From a virus (taxonomy: Duplodnaviria; Caudoviricetes), in the IMG/VR virus record IMGVR_UViG_3300026121_000002, positions 1,894 through 65,893 of that record: DNA of 64,000 bases, one strand, 5' to 3'. This document shows, in pieces, positions 29,172 through 39,087 of this stretch. The position numbers and the translations under genes were made by a program. The notes beneath the pieces were generated by a model. The model was not told the origin of the DNA. It made no database searches and saw only the letters and a program-made list of their open reading frames with translations. Positions within the stretch are counted from its first letter, which is position 1. The number at the start of each line of letters is the position of its first letter.

Positions 29172-30941
29172 ATGACCATCGACGCATCCGCCGTTGCCCG
29201 TGTGCTCGGCATTGAGACGACCTACAAGGACTTGCGCGAAGGCGCGGTGCTCTACCTGCCGCAGCGGATTGCCGTGATCGCGCAGGGCGCAACCGACGCA
29301 GCCTATGGCTCGACGAAGTTCGCGGCGCGCACCGCCGGCGAGGTGGGGAGCAAAGTGGGGTACGGCTCGCCCGCACACCTCGCGATGCTTCAGCTGCAAC
29401 CGATCAATGGCGACGGAGTCGGCACGGTGCCCGTGACGGTCTATCCGCTGCAGCAAGCGGCCGGCGCAACTGAAGCTACGGGAGACATCACGGCCCTAGG
29501 AACCCAGACCCGCGCGGCCAGCTATCGCGTGAAGGTTGGCGGGATTCGCTCGTCGAGCTTCACGATCCCTGTAGGTGCGTCGGTCTCGGACATTCTGGGA
29601 TCGGTGATGGTCGCGATTCAGTCGGTGCTGGAGATGCCTGTGACGGTCCTGCCGACCTACGGGGCGGCGGCTTCCACGCCAGGCACGAACACGGGAAACG
29701 GCACCGTGACCGCGCTGTCGGTTGTCGGGACACCCCGTCCTGGCTCCTACAAGCTGGCTGTGACTGGAGCCATATCGGATGGGGGCAAGTTCGTACTGAG
29801 CGACCCGGACGGGATTGCGGTCTCGTCGGTCACGCTAACACCTGCACCCGGCGGAACGACCGAGGTCGACGCGGCGGGGCTGCAGTTCACGGTCACCGAT
29901 GGCACGACGGACTTCGTGGTCGGGGACAACTTCACGATCGAAGTGCCTGCGACGAAGCTCGACCTCACCTCGAAGTGGAAGGGGTCGAGCGCCAATGCCA
30001 TCCGCTTGTCGGTGGAAGGGGAGTCCTACGGCGTCTCGTTCGCCTTCACGCAGCCCTCGGGCGGCGCGGGGAACCCCTCGGTGGCGAGTGCGCTCGGGCA
30101 GATCGTGGACGTGTGGGAGACCCTCATCCTGAATGGCCTCGACGTCACGGACACAGAGGCGCTCGACGAGCTCGCGACCTTCGGCGAACAGCGATGGGGC
30201 GAGCTCGTCCGCAAGCCCTTCGTGTCGTTCGTCGGCACAACCGCGGCCGCCGTCGCCGAAGCCACCGCCGTCTCGGCAGGTCGACGGACGGATCGGGTCA
30301 ACGCGCAGATCGTGTCGCCAGGGGCCGAAGATCTCCCCGTCGTGGTTGCTGCGCGGGCGCTCGCGCGCATCGCACGGATCGCGAACAACAATCCACCGCG
30401 CGACTATGGTTCGCAGCGCCTGACGGGACTAACGCCCGGCCCTGACGGTGCACAGTGGGACTATCGGACGCGCGACATGGCCGTGAAGAACGGCTCGTCG
30501 ACGATCGAGATCAAGGACGGGATCGTCTGCCTGTCCGATGTCGTCACGTTCTACCGTCCGACGGGCGAAGAGCCGCCCGGCTTTCGGTACGTGTGCGACA
30601 TCGTCAAGCTGCAGAACATCATCTTCAACCTTTCGCTCATCTTCGAGAATGAAGACTGGGACGGGGCGCCGCTCGTGCCCAACGATCAGCCCGTCGTCAA
30701 CTACGCAGCACGTAAGCCGAAGGACGCCGTTGCCGCTGCGAATGCGCTGATCGACTCGCTCGGGCTGTACGCGTTTCTGTCGGACCCTGCGTCGGCCAAG
30801 AAGAAGACGACCGCGTCGATCAACGCGATGAACCCGAAGCGACTTGACCTTCGGCTGATCGTGCAGCTCTCGGGCAACACGGTCCAGAAGGGAATCGAGC
30901 TTGGGTTCGGCTTCTACTTCGGAGCGAGCGCAGCAGCGTAA
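29172..30941 (+). CDS. contractile tail sheath protein (Mu gpL-like)
   Basis: GYGSPAH, LTSKWKG, VVTFY and NPKRLD sheath motifs. Confidence 0.88.
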   Translation: MTIDASAVARVLGIETTYKDLREGAVLYLPQRIAVIAQGATDAAYGSTKFAARTAGEVGSKVGYGSPAHLAMLQLQPINGDGVGTVPVTVYPLQQAAGATEATGDITALGTQTRAASYRVKVGGIRSSSFTIPVGASVSDILGSVMVAIQSVLEMPVTVLPTYGAAASTPGTNTGNGTVTALSVVGTPRPGSYKLAVTGAISDGGKFVLSDPDGIAVSSVTLTPAPGGTTEVDAAGLQFTVTDGTTDFVVGDNFTIEVPATKLDLTSKWKGSSANAIRLSVEGESYGVSFAFTQPSGGAGNPSVASALGQIVDVWETLILNGLDVTDTEALDELATFGEQRWGELVRKPFVSFVGTTAAAVAEATAVSAGRRTDRVNAQIVSPGAEDLPVVVAARALARIARIANNNPPRDYGSQRLTGLTPGPDGAQWDYRTRDMAVKNGSSTIEIKDGIVCLSDVVTFYRPTGEEPPGFRYVCDIVKLQNIIFNLSLIFENEDWDGAPLVPNDQPVVNYAARKPKDAVAAANALIDSLGLYAFLSDPASAKKKTTASINAMNPKRLDLRLIVQLSGNTVQKGIELGFGFYFGASAAA

Positions 30942-30974
30942 CCCCACGACGCGGGCGCGCTGTCCGCAGGAGAG

Positions 30975-31376
30975 ATGGACATGTCGACTGGCGGAAGCAT
31001 CGAATCAGTGTCGATTCGCGGGCGCAACTTCAGCGTCGCGGCCGATGCGGACGTCGCGCGTAAGCTCGGCGGCTTCGAGAACGAGTTGCAGATGAACGGC
31101 GACAGCACCGCGCGGGTGATCAAGACGCGCACCGGCTGGTCGCTGAGTGGTGTCGTGATCGACGTCAACGACCTGCGGGCCGACCAAGAGTTTCTGCAGG
31201 AGCTGCAGAACGGGAGACGTGCCGACATCGACGGCTTTTACGCCATCGCGATCACCTACGCCTCGGGCGCCGTGTATTCGGGGCGCGGCACCGTCGTCGA
31301 CGCCGTCGAATACGCGTCGCAGGCGTCCACCGCGGGGCTGTCGCTTGCGGGGCCCGGAGAGCTGACCAAGCAGTAG
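30975..31376 (+). CDS. tail tube protein
   Basis: Follows the sheath; 133 aa, beta-rich, ends LAGPGEL. Confidence 0.75.
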   Translation: MDMSTGGSIESVSIRGRNFSVAADADVARKLGGFENELQMNGDSTARVIKTRTGWSLSGVVIDVNDLRADQEFLQELQNGRRADIDGFYAIAITYASGAVYSGRGTVVDAVEYASQASTAGLSLAGPGELTKQ

Positions 31377-31392
31377 GAATGAGGGGGGAGGC

Positions 31393-31821
31393 ATGGAATC
31401 AGCGAAGGTGCTCGACCTGGCGCGTGGGGTCGCACGCGAGGTCGCCGAAGCCGAGTTCGAGCGTTTCTGCGAAGCGATGGACTTGGACATCGACGCGTCA
31501 CGCATGGACGCGGACGACATCAAGGGCTTCGAAGAGGTCAAAGCCGTGATCGTGCGCGCGATCGAGCGGCAGCATGTCGTCATCGATGATCGCGGCCAGC
31601 CCGTCTTCACGCCGCAGTCAGGCGACGGTCGGGCGATCACCTTCTACGAGCCAACCGGCGCCACCTTCATGGCGACCGATGCGCACAAGAAGGGGCATGA
31701 CGTGGCGAAGATGATCGCAGTCCTGGCGGACATGACACGGACCGACGCCAAGACGTTCGCGAAGCTGGCGAGTCGCGACTTCAAGGTGTGTCAGACGTTT
31801 GTGAAACTTTTTTTGGGCTGA
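31393..31821 (+). CDS. tail assembly chaperone (G)
   Basis: Between tube and tape measure; slippery T TTT TTG just before the stop. Confidence 0.8.
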   Translation: MESAKVLDLARGVAREVAEAEFERFCEAMDLDIDASRMDADDIKGFEEVKAVIVRAIERQHVVIDDRGQPVFTPQSGDGRAITFYEPTGATFMATDAHKKGHDVAKMIAVLADMTRTDAKTFAKLASRDFKVCQTFVKLFLG

Positions 31822-32084
31822 GCGTCTCGACCCCGCTCGTGCGCGGCGGCGAAGACGCAAGGCTACACGCCCTACGCGGCGAACCTGGGCACACGCTCCT
31901 GCCCGTCTACGGTGAGATGCTGCTGCAGGTCTGCCGCGACTACCCGGGCGTCCCTGATCCACGCACGCTGACCATGGCCGAGATCCGCTTCTTCTATTCG
32001 GGGCTGCGGGCCGAGCTGAAGAAACACACCAAGCCGTCGGGTGGCCCCGTGGCGCGTCGACCCATTGCTCGTCGCCGAAAGTAA
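31809..32084 (+). CDS. tail assembly chaperone extension (GT) reached by -1 frameshift
   Basis: The -1 frame is open from the T7 run to 32084 and contains PDPRTLT..EIRFFY. Confidence 0.75.
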   Translation, partial: FFGLSVSTPLVRGGEDARLHALRGEPGHTLLPVYGEMLLQVCRDYPGVPDPRTLTMAEIRFFYSGLRAELKKHTKPSGGPVARRPIARRRK

Positions 32085-32092
32085 GGTGGTTC

Positions 32093-34189
32093 ATGGCTGG
32101 TCGCTTCAGCGTCGATGCGGTGTTCCGCGCGATCGACAAGATGACTGCGCCAATCACGAAGATGCAGTCACGCATGGAGCGCTTCACGAAGGCGACCGAG
32201 ATGAGCTTCAAGCAGCTCGACGGCGTGGCGGACAAGTGGATTGGTGGGCTGAAGAATGCCGGGATCGGCGCCGCCGCGGCTGTTGCTGGTGTGGGCGCCA
32301 CGCTCTGGGCGGCGGCGCAGCCGGGGCTGGAGTTTGACCAGGCTATGGCGAACCTCGGGGCGACGTCACTCCAGACACGCAACCAGCTCGGGGCGCTCGA
32401 GAAGGCAGCCAAGAAGCTTGGCGCCGAGACACAGTTCAGCTCGACCGACGTCGTGCATGCCATGGAGCAGATGAGCAAGGCGGGGCTTGATGAGCAGAAG
32501 ATCCTGGCCGCGATTCCCGGCATGGTCTACGCGGCGTCCGCCGCCGGCGAGGACCTTGCAGAGACGACTGCAGCCGTCACGCACGTCATGAAGGGCATGG
32601 GACTCGAAGCGAGCCAAGCCGAGTCCCTCGCGGATGCGATGGCGCTCGCAAGCGTGAAGACCGACAGCAGCATGTCTTCCCTTGCGGAGAGCATGTCGAA
32701 GCTCGCCCCAACTGCGAAGCAGTTCGGGATTCACGTGAACGACGCGCTTGCGATGGCGGCGCTCTTGCAGGACGTGGGCATCGATGCGTCCGAGGCTGGC
32801 ACGGCGGTTGCCACCATGCTGACCAAGCTCAGCGACCCGACGGATGAAGCGCGCGGCAAGATGAAGAAGTTCGGGATCTCCTTTCAAGATGCAGCCGGCA
32901 ACATGAAGAGCCCGGTGGAAGTCTTGAAGGCGTTCACGCAGGCCGCGAAGGGTGCAGGCGGCAACATGGCGCAGGCAGCTTTCTTCGCGGAGCTGGTCGG
33001 CATGCGTGGACAGCGCGCCGCGATCAATTTGAAGGACGCGCTGGGAAAGGCGAGCGGAGGCTATCTCGACCTGCAAGACGCGCTGTCCAAGTCTTCAGGC
33101 ACCGCCGAGAAGATGGCGAAGATCCGCATGAATACTCTCGGCGGCGACATCGACCGTCTCAAGGAAGGCTTCAACACCTTTTTGATCGATGTCTATGCGC
33201 TTCAGAGTGGCCCGTTGCGCAAGGTCATCCAGCAGATGGACGCCTGGCTCAGCAAGAACCAAGCGGCGATTGTCGAAGGCATCGGGAACGCCTTCAAGTG
33301 GATCGCGGACAACCTCGACACCATCCTTGCATGGGCGGGTCGGATCGCGCGCTTCATCGCGGTCATCACGGCGGTCGCAGTGGCGATCAAGCTGGTGACC
33401 GCTGCGGTGTGGTTGCTGAGTGCGACGCCCCTCACGATCTGGCTCGTCGCGATCACGGCAGCGCTTGCCCTCATCGTCGCGTTCTGGCCGGATATCGTCG
33501 CCTTCTTCGCGGCGATCTGGCAAGGCGTGGTCGACATGGCCGGCTTCATCGTCGAGAAAGTGGTGGGGGTATTCAGCGCTCTCTGGGGTGTCTTGAAACC
33601 TATCCTGATGGGCTATTTCGAATTCATCGTCGGCATGGTTGTGTTGATCTGGAAGCCAATCCTGGACCCGCTCTTCCAGATCTTGGCGACGGTCGGTGGT
33701 TTCCTGTACGACCGCGTGATCGATCCTGTCTTCGAGGCGTTTCGCTGGCTTTGGGATCAAGTCACAGCAGTTGCGAGCGTGGCATTTGACGCCGTCCTGG
33801 CGGTCGGCAAGGTCTGGTACGAGGGATTCACGACGATCTGGGGCGCGCTGACGGGCTTCTTTTCGAAGCTCTGGGCGGGCATTGCCGGCATCTTCGAGAG
33901 CGTGCTCGCTCCGATCTTCGACAAGATCACGTGGGCCGTGGACAAGGTGCGCGCGCTTGGGCGCTCGGTCCTCGGGACGGACGAAGAGCCCGGCGAAGGG
34001 ACGAGTCCACCCACGACGGGGCCGCAAGTCGTCAGCCCCGCCGACCGTGTTGCCCGCTCGATCAGCGAAACCACCACGACCAACCAGAGCGAGCTCGTGA
34101 TTCGCGACCAGACCGGCAAGGCCAGCTTCTCGAAGCATTCGCCGGGCGCCAACATGAGCCTTTCGCTCGCGCGGTCAGGCAGCTTCTAG
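32093..34189 (+). CDS. tape measure protein
   Basis: TP901-type core (GIDASEAGTA) and W/F-periodic helical repeats. Confidence 0.93.
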   Translation: MAGRFSVDAVFRAIDKMTAPITKMQSRMERFTKATEMSFKQLDGVADKWIGGLKNAGIGAAAAVAGVGATLWAAAQPGLEFDQAMANLGATSLQTRNQLGALEKAAKKLGAETQFSSTDVVHAMEQMSKAGLDEQKILAAIPGMVYAASAAGEDLAETTAAVTHVMKGMGLEASQAESLADAMALASVKTDSSMSSLAESMSKLAPTAKQFGIHVNDALAMAALLQDVGIDASEAGTAVATMLTKLSDPTDEARGKMKKFGISFQDAAGNMKSPVEVLKAFTQAAKGAGGNMAQAAFFAELVGMRGQRAAINLKDALGKASGGYLDLQDALSKSSGTAEKMAKIRMNTLGGDIDRLKEGFNTFLIDVYALQSGPLRKVIQQMDAWLSKNQAAIVEGIGNAFKWIADNLDTILAWAGRIARFIAVITAVAVAIKLVTAAVWLLSATPLTIWLVAITAALALIVAFWPDIVAFFAAIWQGVVDMAGFIVEKVVGVFSALWGVLKPILMGYFEFIVGMVVLIWKPILDPLFQILATVGGFLYDRVIDPVFEAFRWLWDQVTAVASVAFDAVLAVGKVWYEGFTTIWGALTGFFSKLWAGIAGIFESVLAPIFDKITWAVDKVRALGRSVLGTDEEPGEGTSPPTTGPQVVSPADRVARSISETTTTNQSELVIRDQTGKASFSKHSPGANMSLSLARSGSF

Positions 34190-35448
34190 TGGCCTGGCAG
34201 GATCGCGTGCGTGAGGGGGCCTATACGCCTCCGAGCGGAATCCGGATGACCTTCCTCTACGAGGACGTCTCGCGCGAGACCGACAAGCGCACCGCGCTGT
34301 TTCAGTTCCCGGGTGTCGACGGCGGCTATGTCCAGGACAACGGGTATGGCGTCCGGCGCTACCCGCTGCGCTGCTTCTTCACCGGCGAGAGCCATGACCT
34401 GGCGGCGACCGCGTTCGAGGTTGGGCTGCTCGAGCGTGGGATTGGTCGACTCGACCACCCCTTCTACGGCTCCTTCGACGCGATCCCCTACGGCACGATC
34501 ACGCGGCGGGACGACCTCAAGACGGGCGCGAATCAGTCGATCGTGGAGGTCACCTTCTTCGCTACGCTGGAGGCGCTCTACCCGTCCGGGCTTGCGAGTC
34601 CGCGCAACGAGCTGCTCGCCGCGCTCGACGCGGTGGACCTTGCCAGCTCCGAAGAGTTTGCGGAGCAGGTCGACTCGAAGACGGCGGCCGCGCGCGCTGT
34701 GACGAAGTCGACCTCGCGCGATCTGGTTCGGCTTGTCGCTGATGCCATGGGCGGCGCAGCGGACGCAGTGACCGCCGCCGATACGGCCTTTCGGGACGCG
34801 CAGAGTGCGATCAACTACGGGATCGATCTGCTGGTCGGGCAGCCCCTGCAGCTCGCGCAGCAGGTGATCAATCTGCTGCAGGCTCCGGCCCGCGCCGCAG
34901 TGGGAATTGAGATGCGGCTCGCGGGCTATCGCGACCTGGCGGAGCGAATCTTCGCCCGCGCGACCCTCGACACCTTCACGAGCCCGGTGCTTGCGGATCG
35001 TCAACTGCGGCTGGCGAACGACTTTCGGACGTCGGACTTCTTCGCGCAGCAAGCTGTCGGCGGTAGTCTGCGGACCGTCTACGAGACCCGCTTCGAAGCA
35101 AAGCCCGCCGCGCTGAACGCCGCTGAGGAAGTGCTCATGCAGTTCCGGCAGCTCGTCGCCTGGCGCGAGTATGCGGTCGTCTTCCTCGGCCTCCCTGATC
35201 CGGGCCGGGCGCAGCAGGCGCTACAGCATGGGACGGCGCGCGCCGTTGGGTACCTCATCGAGGCGAGCTTTGCGCTGGCCACGGAGCGGCGACTCGTGCT
35301 CGACCGGCCGCGAACGATCATCGACGTGGCGGCAGAGGTCTACGGCGCAGTCGATAGCCGGCTCGATTCCCTGATCAGCACGAACGAGCTTTCCGGTTCG
35401 GAGATACTCGAGCTGCCGGCGGGGGCGTCGATTGCCTACTACACGTGA
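34189..35448 (+). CDS. Mu-like DNA circularisation/baseplate protein
   Basis: WQDR, FPGVDGGYVQDNG and GRLDHPFYG N-terminal domain; LysM-like C-terminus. Confidence 0.85.
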   Translation: MAWQDRVREGAYTPPSGIRMTFLYEDVSRETDKRTALFQFPGVDGGYVQDNGYGVRRYPLRCFFTGESHDLAATAFEVGLLERGIGRLDHPFYGSFDAIPYGTITRRDDLKTGANQSIVEVTFFATLEALYPSGLASPRNELLAALDAVDLASSEEFAEQVDSKTAAARAVTKSTSRDLVRLVADAMGGAADAVTAADTAFRDAQSAINYGIDLLVGQPLQLAQQVINLLQAPARAAVGIEMRLAGYRDLAERIFARATLDTFTSPVLADRQLRLANDFRTSDFFAQQAVGGSLRTVYETRFEAKPAALNAAEEVLMQFRQLVAWREYAVVFLGLPDPGRAQQALQHGTARAVGYLIEASFALATERRLVLDRPRTIIDVAAEVYGAVDSRLDSLISTNELSGSEILELPAGASIAYYT

Positions 35449-36523
35449 GCTCGACGAAGTCGGGATCGAGATCGGTGGCAAGACCTGGCGCGCCTGGGAC
35501 GACCTCGAAGTTCATCTTGGACTCGATAGCCACCCGAGCGTGGGCTTTGCCGCGCCGTTCGAGCACACCCGGCTCGAGATGCGCGACGCCTTCCGGCCAT
35601 GCTCGTTTACGCCGCTCTCGTGCACGCTTGGGGGCGTCCCGCTGTTTGCTGGCCTGCTGGTCGGAGTCACTCCGCATGCCGCGGCAGACTCGACCACGGT
35701 CAGTTGCAGCGCCTACTCGAGGGCAGCTCTACTCGAAGACGTTAACCTGCCGGGGAACCTCGTTCCGTTCGAGACGGCCGGGCTGACGCTCAGGCAGATC
35801 GCGCAGCGACTGGCGGGAATCTACGGGGTTGGTGTCGACATGCGCGCGCCCGAGGGGCAGGCGTTTCGCAAGGTCAACACGAAGAGGAAGCGCTCGCGCG
35901 TGGATACGAAGGTCGACCACGACACGAAGGTCGACGACTTCCTGGTCGAGCTCGCCAAGCAGCGCGGCGTCGTGCGAAGCAGTAACGCGCGCGGGGACCT
36001 ACTGCTCTGGCAGAGCGTCAAGCCGGGCAAGCCTGTCGCACGTCTGCGTGAGGGCGAGGCGGGGATAGTGGAAGTGACGGCAACGTTCAGCCCGCAGGAG
36101 TACTACAGCGAGATCACCGGCTTCACGACGGCCAAGCGGGGAACGACGGGCTCGAAGTACACGCAGCGAAATGATCGACTCGCGGGGACGATCCTGCGCT
36201 CACTGTCGTTCACGCTCGATGACGTGGAAAAGGGCGACGCGCCTGCTGCCGTTCGCGCGAAGATGGCAAGGATGTTCGCGAATGCCGTCACGTACGTCGT
36301 GCAGCTTCCCAGCTGGCGTGATCCAAGCGGCAGGCTGTGGGAGCCGAACACCACGATCACGCTGCTCGCACCGCGGGCCATGGTCTACAGCGAAATGGAG
36401 CTGCTCGTGCGAGATGTCTACTTGAAGGAGAGCGAAGGTGAGCGCACCGCGTCGCTCGGGCTCGTGCTTCCAGGTGCTTTCAGTGGCGAAGCCCCACCTC
36501 GCATGCCGTGGGAAGAGGCATGA
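35432..36523 (+). CDS. baseplate hub protein (Mu gp44/P-like)
   Basis: IGGKTWRAW, SNARGDL and WRDPSGRLWEPN. Confidence 0.85.
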   Translation: MPTTRELDEVGIEIGGKTWRAWDDLEVHLGLDSHPSVGFAAPFEHTRLEMRDAFRPCSFTPLSCTLGGVPLFAGLLVGVTPHAAADSTTVSCSAYSRAALLEDVNLPGNLVPFETAGLTLRQIAQRLAGIYGVGVDMRAPEGQAFRKVNTKRKRSRVDTKVDHDTKVDDFLVELAKQRGVVRSSNARGDLLLWQSVKPGKPVARLREGEAGIVEVTATFSPQEYYSEITGFTTAKRGTTGSKYTQRNDRLAGTILRSLSFTLDDVEKGDAPAAVRAKMARMFANAVTYVVQLPSWRDPSGRLWEPNTTITLLAPRAMVYSEMELLVRDVYLKESEGERTASLGLVLPGAFSGEAPPRMPWEEA

Positions 36524-37086
36524 GCCGCGTCGCCTATCTCCTATCGTTCGATCGCGTGATCGAAGACGGGGCCCACGGAGCCGACGTGAAGTGCGATCCC
36601 GATGGAGGCAACATCGTCACGGCGCCGCACTTCGCCGACCCGGGTGACGACTCCGCCCCGCTGCCCGGGGATTACGTCGCGCTCGACGAATCAAGTGGGT
36701 CGGGAGGCGAGCACGCCACGGGTTACGCCGACGTGCGGAACGCTGGCAAGGCGGGTCCGGGCGAGAAGCGCCTGTACGCGCGCAAAGCGGATGGCGCGCC
36801 GGTCGTGGAGATCTGGTTGCACTCGGACGGCTCGGTCGTGATCGAGAACGCTTCGGCCATGTTCGAGATGAACGCGGACGGTAGCTTCAAAATCAGCGGC
36901 CGCGACGTCGTGATCAATGGCGTGAAGTTTACGGCAGCCGGCTCGATTGAAGCGCCGGGCGACGTGACTGCGATGACGGCTGGGCCCGTGAGCGTGACCC
37001 TCGCATCGCACGTGCACGCGACCGCCGCGCTCGGGACTCCATCCTCGGCGATCCCACCACCCGTACCCAAGCCTCCGGGGCCCTGA
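36520..37086 (+). CDS. baseplate spike (Mu gp45-like)
   Basis: PGEKRLY and C-terminal LASHVH (HxH spike-tip motif). Confidence 0.8.
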   Translation: MSRVAYLLSFDRVIEDGAHGADVKCDPDGGNIVTAPHFADPGDDSAPLPGDYVALDESSGSGGEHATGYADVRNAGKAGPGEKRLYARKADGAPVVEIWLHSDGSVVIENASAMFEMNADGSFKISGRDVVINGVKFTAAGSIEAPGDVTAMTAGPVSVTLASHVHATAALGTPSSAIPPPVPKPPGP

Positions 37087-37088
37087 CC

Positions 37089-38144
37089 ATGGCATTCGTC
37101 TACACAACCAACGTCCTCTTGCCCGCACTTGAGGACAAGCTCGGGCACGTTCTGATCGCGCTCAAGAACGCGCTCGTGGCGAGCGGCCGCTGGCGCGTCC
37201 GTGGCTCGGGCGATGGCAAGGCTGCATTCCAGCTCGACGGACAGACAGCAGGACCGAGCTTCGACGTCTTCACCGCGAGCCCTGCCTGGTCGCAAGACGC
37301 GACCGCCTACAACGCCGTCCGCAACAACTCGATCACGCAGCCGCGTGCCTGGCTCTTGCTGGAAGAGATCGCCAGCGGTCGCGTCCTCCTGATCCAGCGC
37401 AGCAGCGCCACCAGCAACAGCGACGCGGGCGCGTGCGCGGCGATTGCCGTCGCGACCGGCGTGGCCACCACGGGCGCATCCGCGCTCGCTCCGCCAGCCT
37501 TGACCGGCAACGTGGGGTTTCTGGCCGGCACCCTCTGGAACGGCAGCAGCGGCAGCTTCGCGGAGCTGGCGACGGGCAACCAGGGCGACTTCGGCATCAA
37601 CTCCACGCAGCAGTTCTGGCTGCAGATTGCCGTCGAGAACACGTCGCGCGCGGGCAACGTCGCGCCGTGGTTTTTCAGCGTCTGGAATCGCACCACGAAC
37701 GCGCCCTGCACAGGCGGTCTGTGGGAGTCGCTGACCGATGTCGATGTGGGAGTCACGCATCCCCTTGCCTGCGCGTTCGGCTCCTGGCCTCGCGTCTGGG
37801 GCACGGTCGGCAACGGCACCACCGGAGCTCTCTCTTCAGGCGGCTGGCGTGGTGGAGACACGCTCGCAGCGTGCACGCTCGGCTACAGCCAGAACGCCGG
37901 CATCGGCGCAACCCCGCCCTTCTACCAGCAGCCCGGCAACGATGGGCGCTTCCGCACCGAGCGCCCTTGGCTGCTGGTGCCCTCGATCGGGAGCCGGCAC
38001 ATCGGACGCTTGGAGCACGCCTTCATGAATAAGGTGGCGAGAGAATATCCGACCACCTACGACCTGGCAGGAGCAGCGCCGCGCCTGACGCTCGGCCACT
38101 TGATCATGCCGTGGACGGCGGTCGCGCCGGAAAGCTCGCCGTAA
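37089..38144 (+). CDS. hypothetical virion-associated protein
   Basis: Long G/A/T/W-rich ORF inside the baseplate operon. Confidence 0.55.
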   Translation: MAFVYTTNVLLPALEDKLGHVLIALKNALVASGRWRVRGSGDGKAAFQLDGQTAGPSFDVFTASPAWSQDATAYNAVRNNSITQPRAWLLLEEIASGRVLLIQRSSATSNSDAGACAAIAVATGVATTGASALAPPALTGNVGFLAGTLWNGSSGSFAELATGNQGDFGINSTQQFWLQIAVENTSRAGNVAPWFFSVWNRTTNAPCTGGLWESLTDVDVGVTHPLACAFGSWPRVWGTVGNGTTGALSSGGWRGGDTLAACTLGYSQNAGIGATPPFYQQPGNDGRFRTERPWLLVPSIGSRHIGRLEHAFMNKVAREYPTTYDLAGAAPRLTLGHLIMPWTAVAPESSP

Positions 38145-38145
38145 G

Positions 38146-39087
38146 ATGGCGGACTTCGTCGATAGCGTCTTCGCGCCAGCAGACGAGCTGTGGCTGCCGC
38201 GCATGGACGTCGCGTCGAATCTGACCAGCGCCATCTTCGAGGACGACCCCTGGCTCTCGCTGCGTCCTGACGACGCCCTCAGCGGCATCGACCAGCAGCC
38301 GCCTCTACTGACGATCATTCCCCCGAGCGGTAGTGCGCTCGCGCCGGGCGAGACGATCACGATCGAAGCCACTGACGATCGAGTCCTTGCGATTGTCACG
38401 GTCTATGCGGGTGATCGCGTCATCTACGATGGTGCGCGCTTTTCGACTGACTATCTGTCGAGCGTTCGAACGATCCTCACGGACGGAGTCCGACTGCAGG
38501 TCCGGCGCACGGGCGGCTGGAAAGGTACTGTCACGATCGACGCTGCCGTGATCGATAGTGGCGGGACCCTTCGGCGGGTTGTGACGGTCTACAATCCCCC
38601 ATCGACGCTTCAGCCAGGAATCAACTCACTCTCGAGACGGGCCACCGGATTCACCGACGTGCGTCTTTTCCACGCGCAGGACGGTGGGGAAATCGAGCTT
38701 ATCGGCGGCGAGCCGGTCATGGTCGCAGGGCTGGAGACAGCCGCCTATCTCTCGCTCTTCGGCGGGAACGAATCAGACAGTGGCCTGCCTGGCGACGATC
38801 TCAAGCAATGGTGGGGTAACTTCGGCGAGGCTGAGCCAGCCCGACGCTATCGCAGCGAGACGCAGCACTTGCTGGCGACCTTGCCGCCCACGACGGGCAA
38901 CCTCCGCCGCCTGGAGTTTGCCGTCCGCAACGATCTCGCCTGGCTGATTGCGCGCAAGCGCGTGGCGTCGGTCGATGTGCGGGCGAGCATGCCTGCGCGG
39001 AACCGCGTGCAGCTCGCGGTATGGTGCGCACTTGTGCCGGGTGAGCAGACGATCACGTTCGCGCACGATCAGGCCTGGGGTGGATGA
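38146..39087 (+). CDS. Mu gp46-like baseplate protein with extra N-terminal beta domain
   Basis: C-terminal half has GLETAAYLSLFGG, WWGN and DLAWL. Confidence 0.75.
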   Translation: MADFVDSVFAPADELWLPRMDVASNLTSAIFEDDPWLSLRPDDALSGIDQQPPLLTIIPPSGSALAPGETITIEATDDRVLAIVTVYAGDRVIYDGARFSTDYLSSVRTILTDGVRLQVRRTGGWKGTVTIDAAVIDSGGTLRRVVTVYNPPSTLQPGINSLSRRATGFTDVRLFHAQDGGEIELIGGEPVMVAGLETAAYLSLFGGNESDSGLPGDDLKQWWGNFGEAEPARRYRSETQHLLATLPPTTGNLRRLEFAVRNDLAWLIARKRVASVDVRASMPARNRVQLAVWCALVPGEQTITFAHDQAWGG

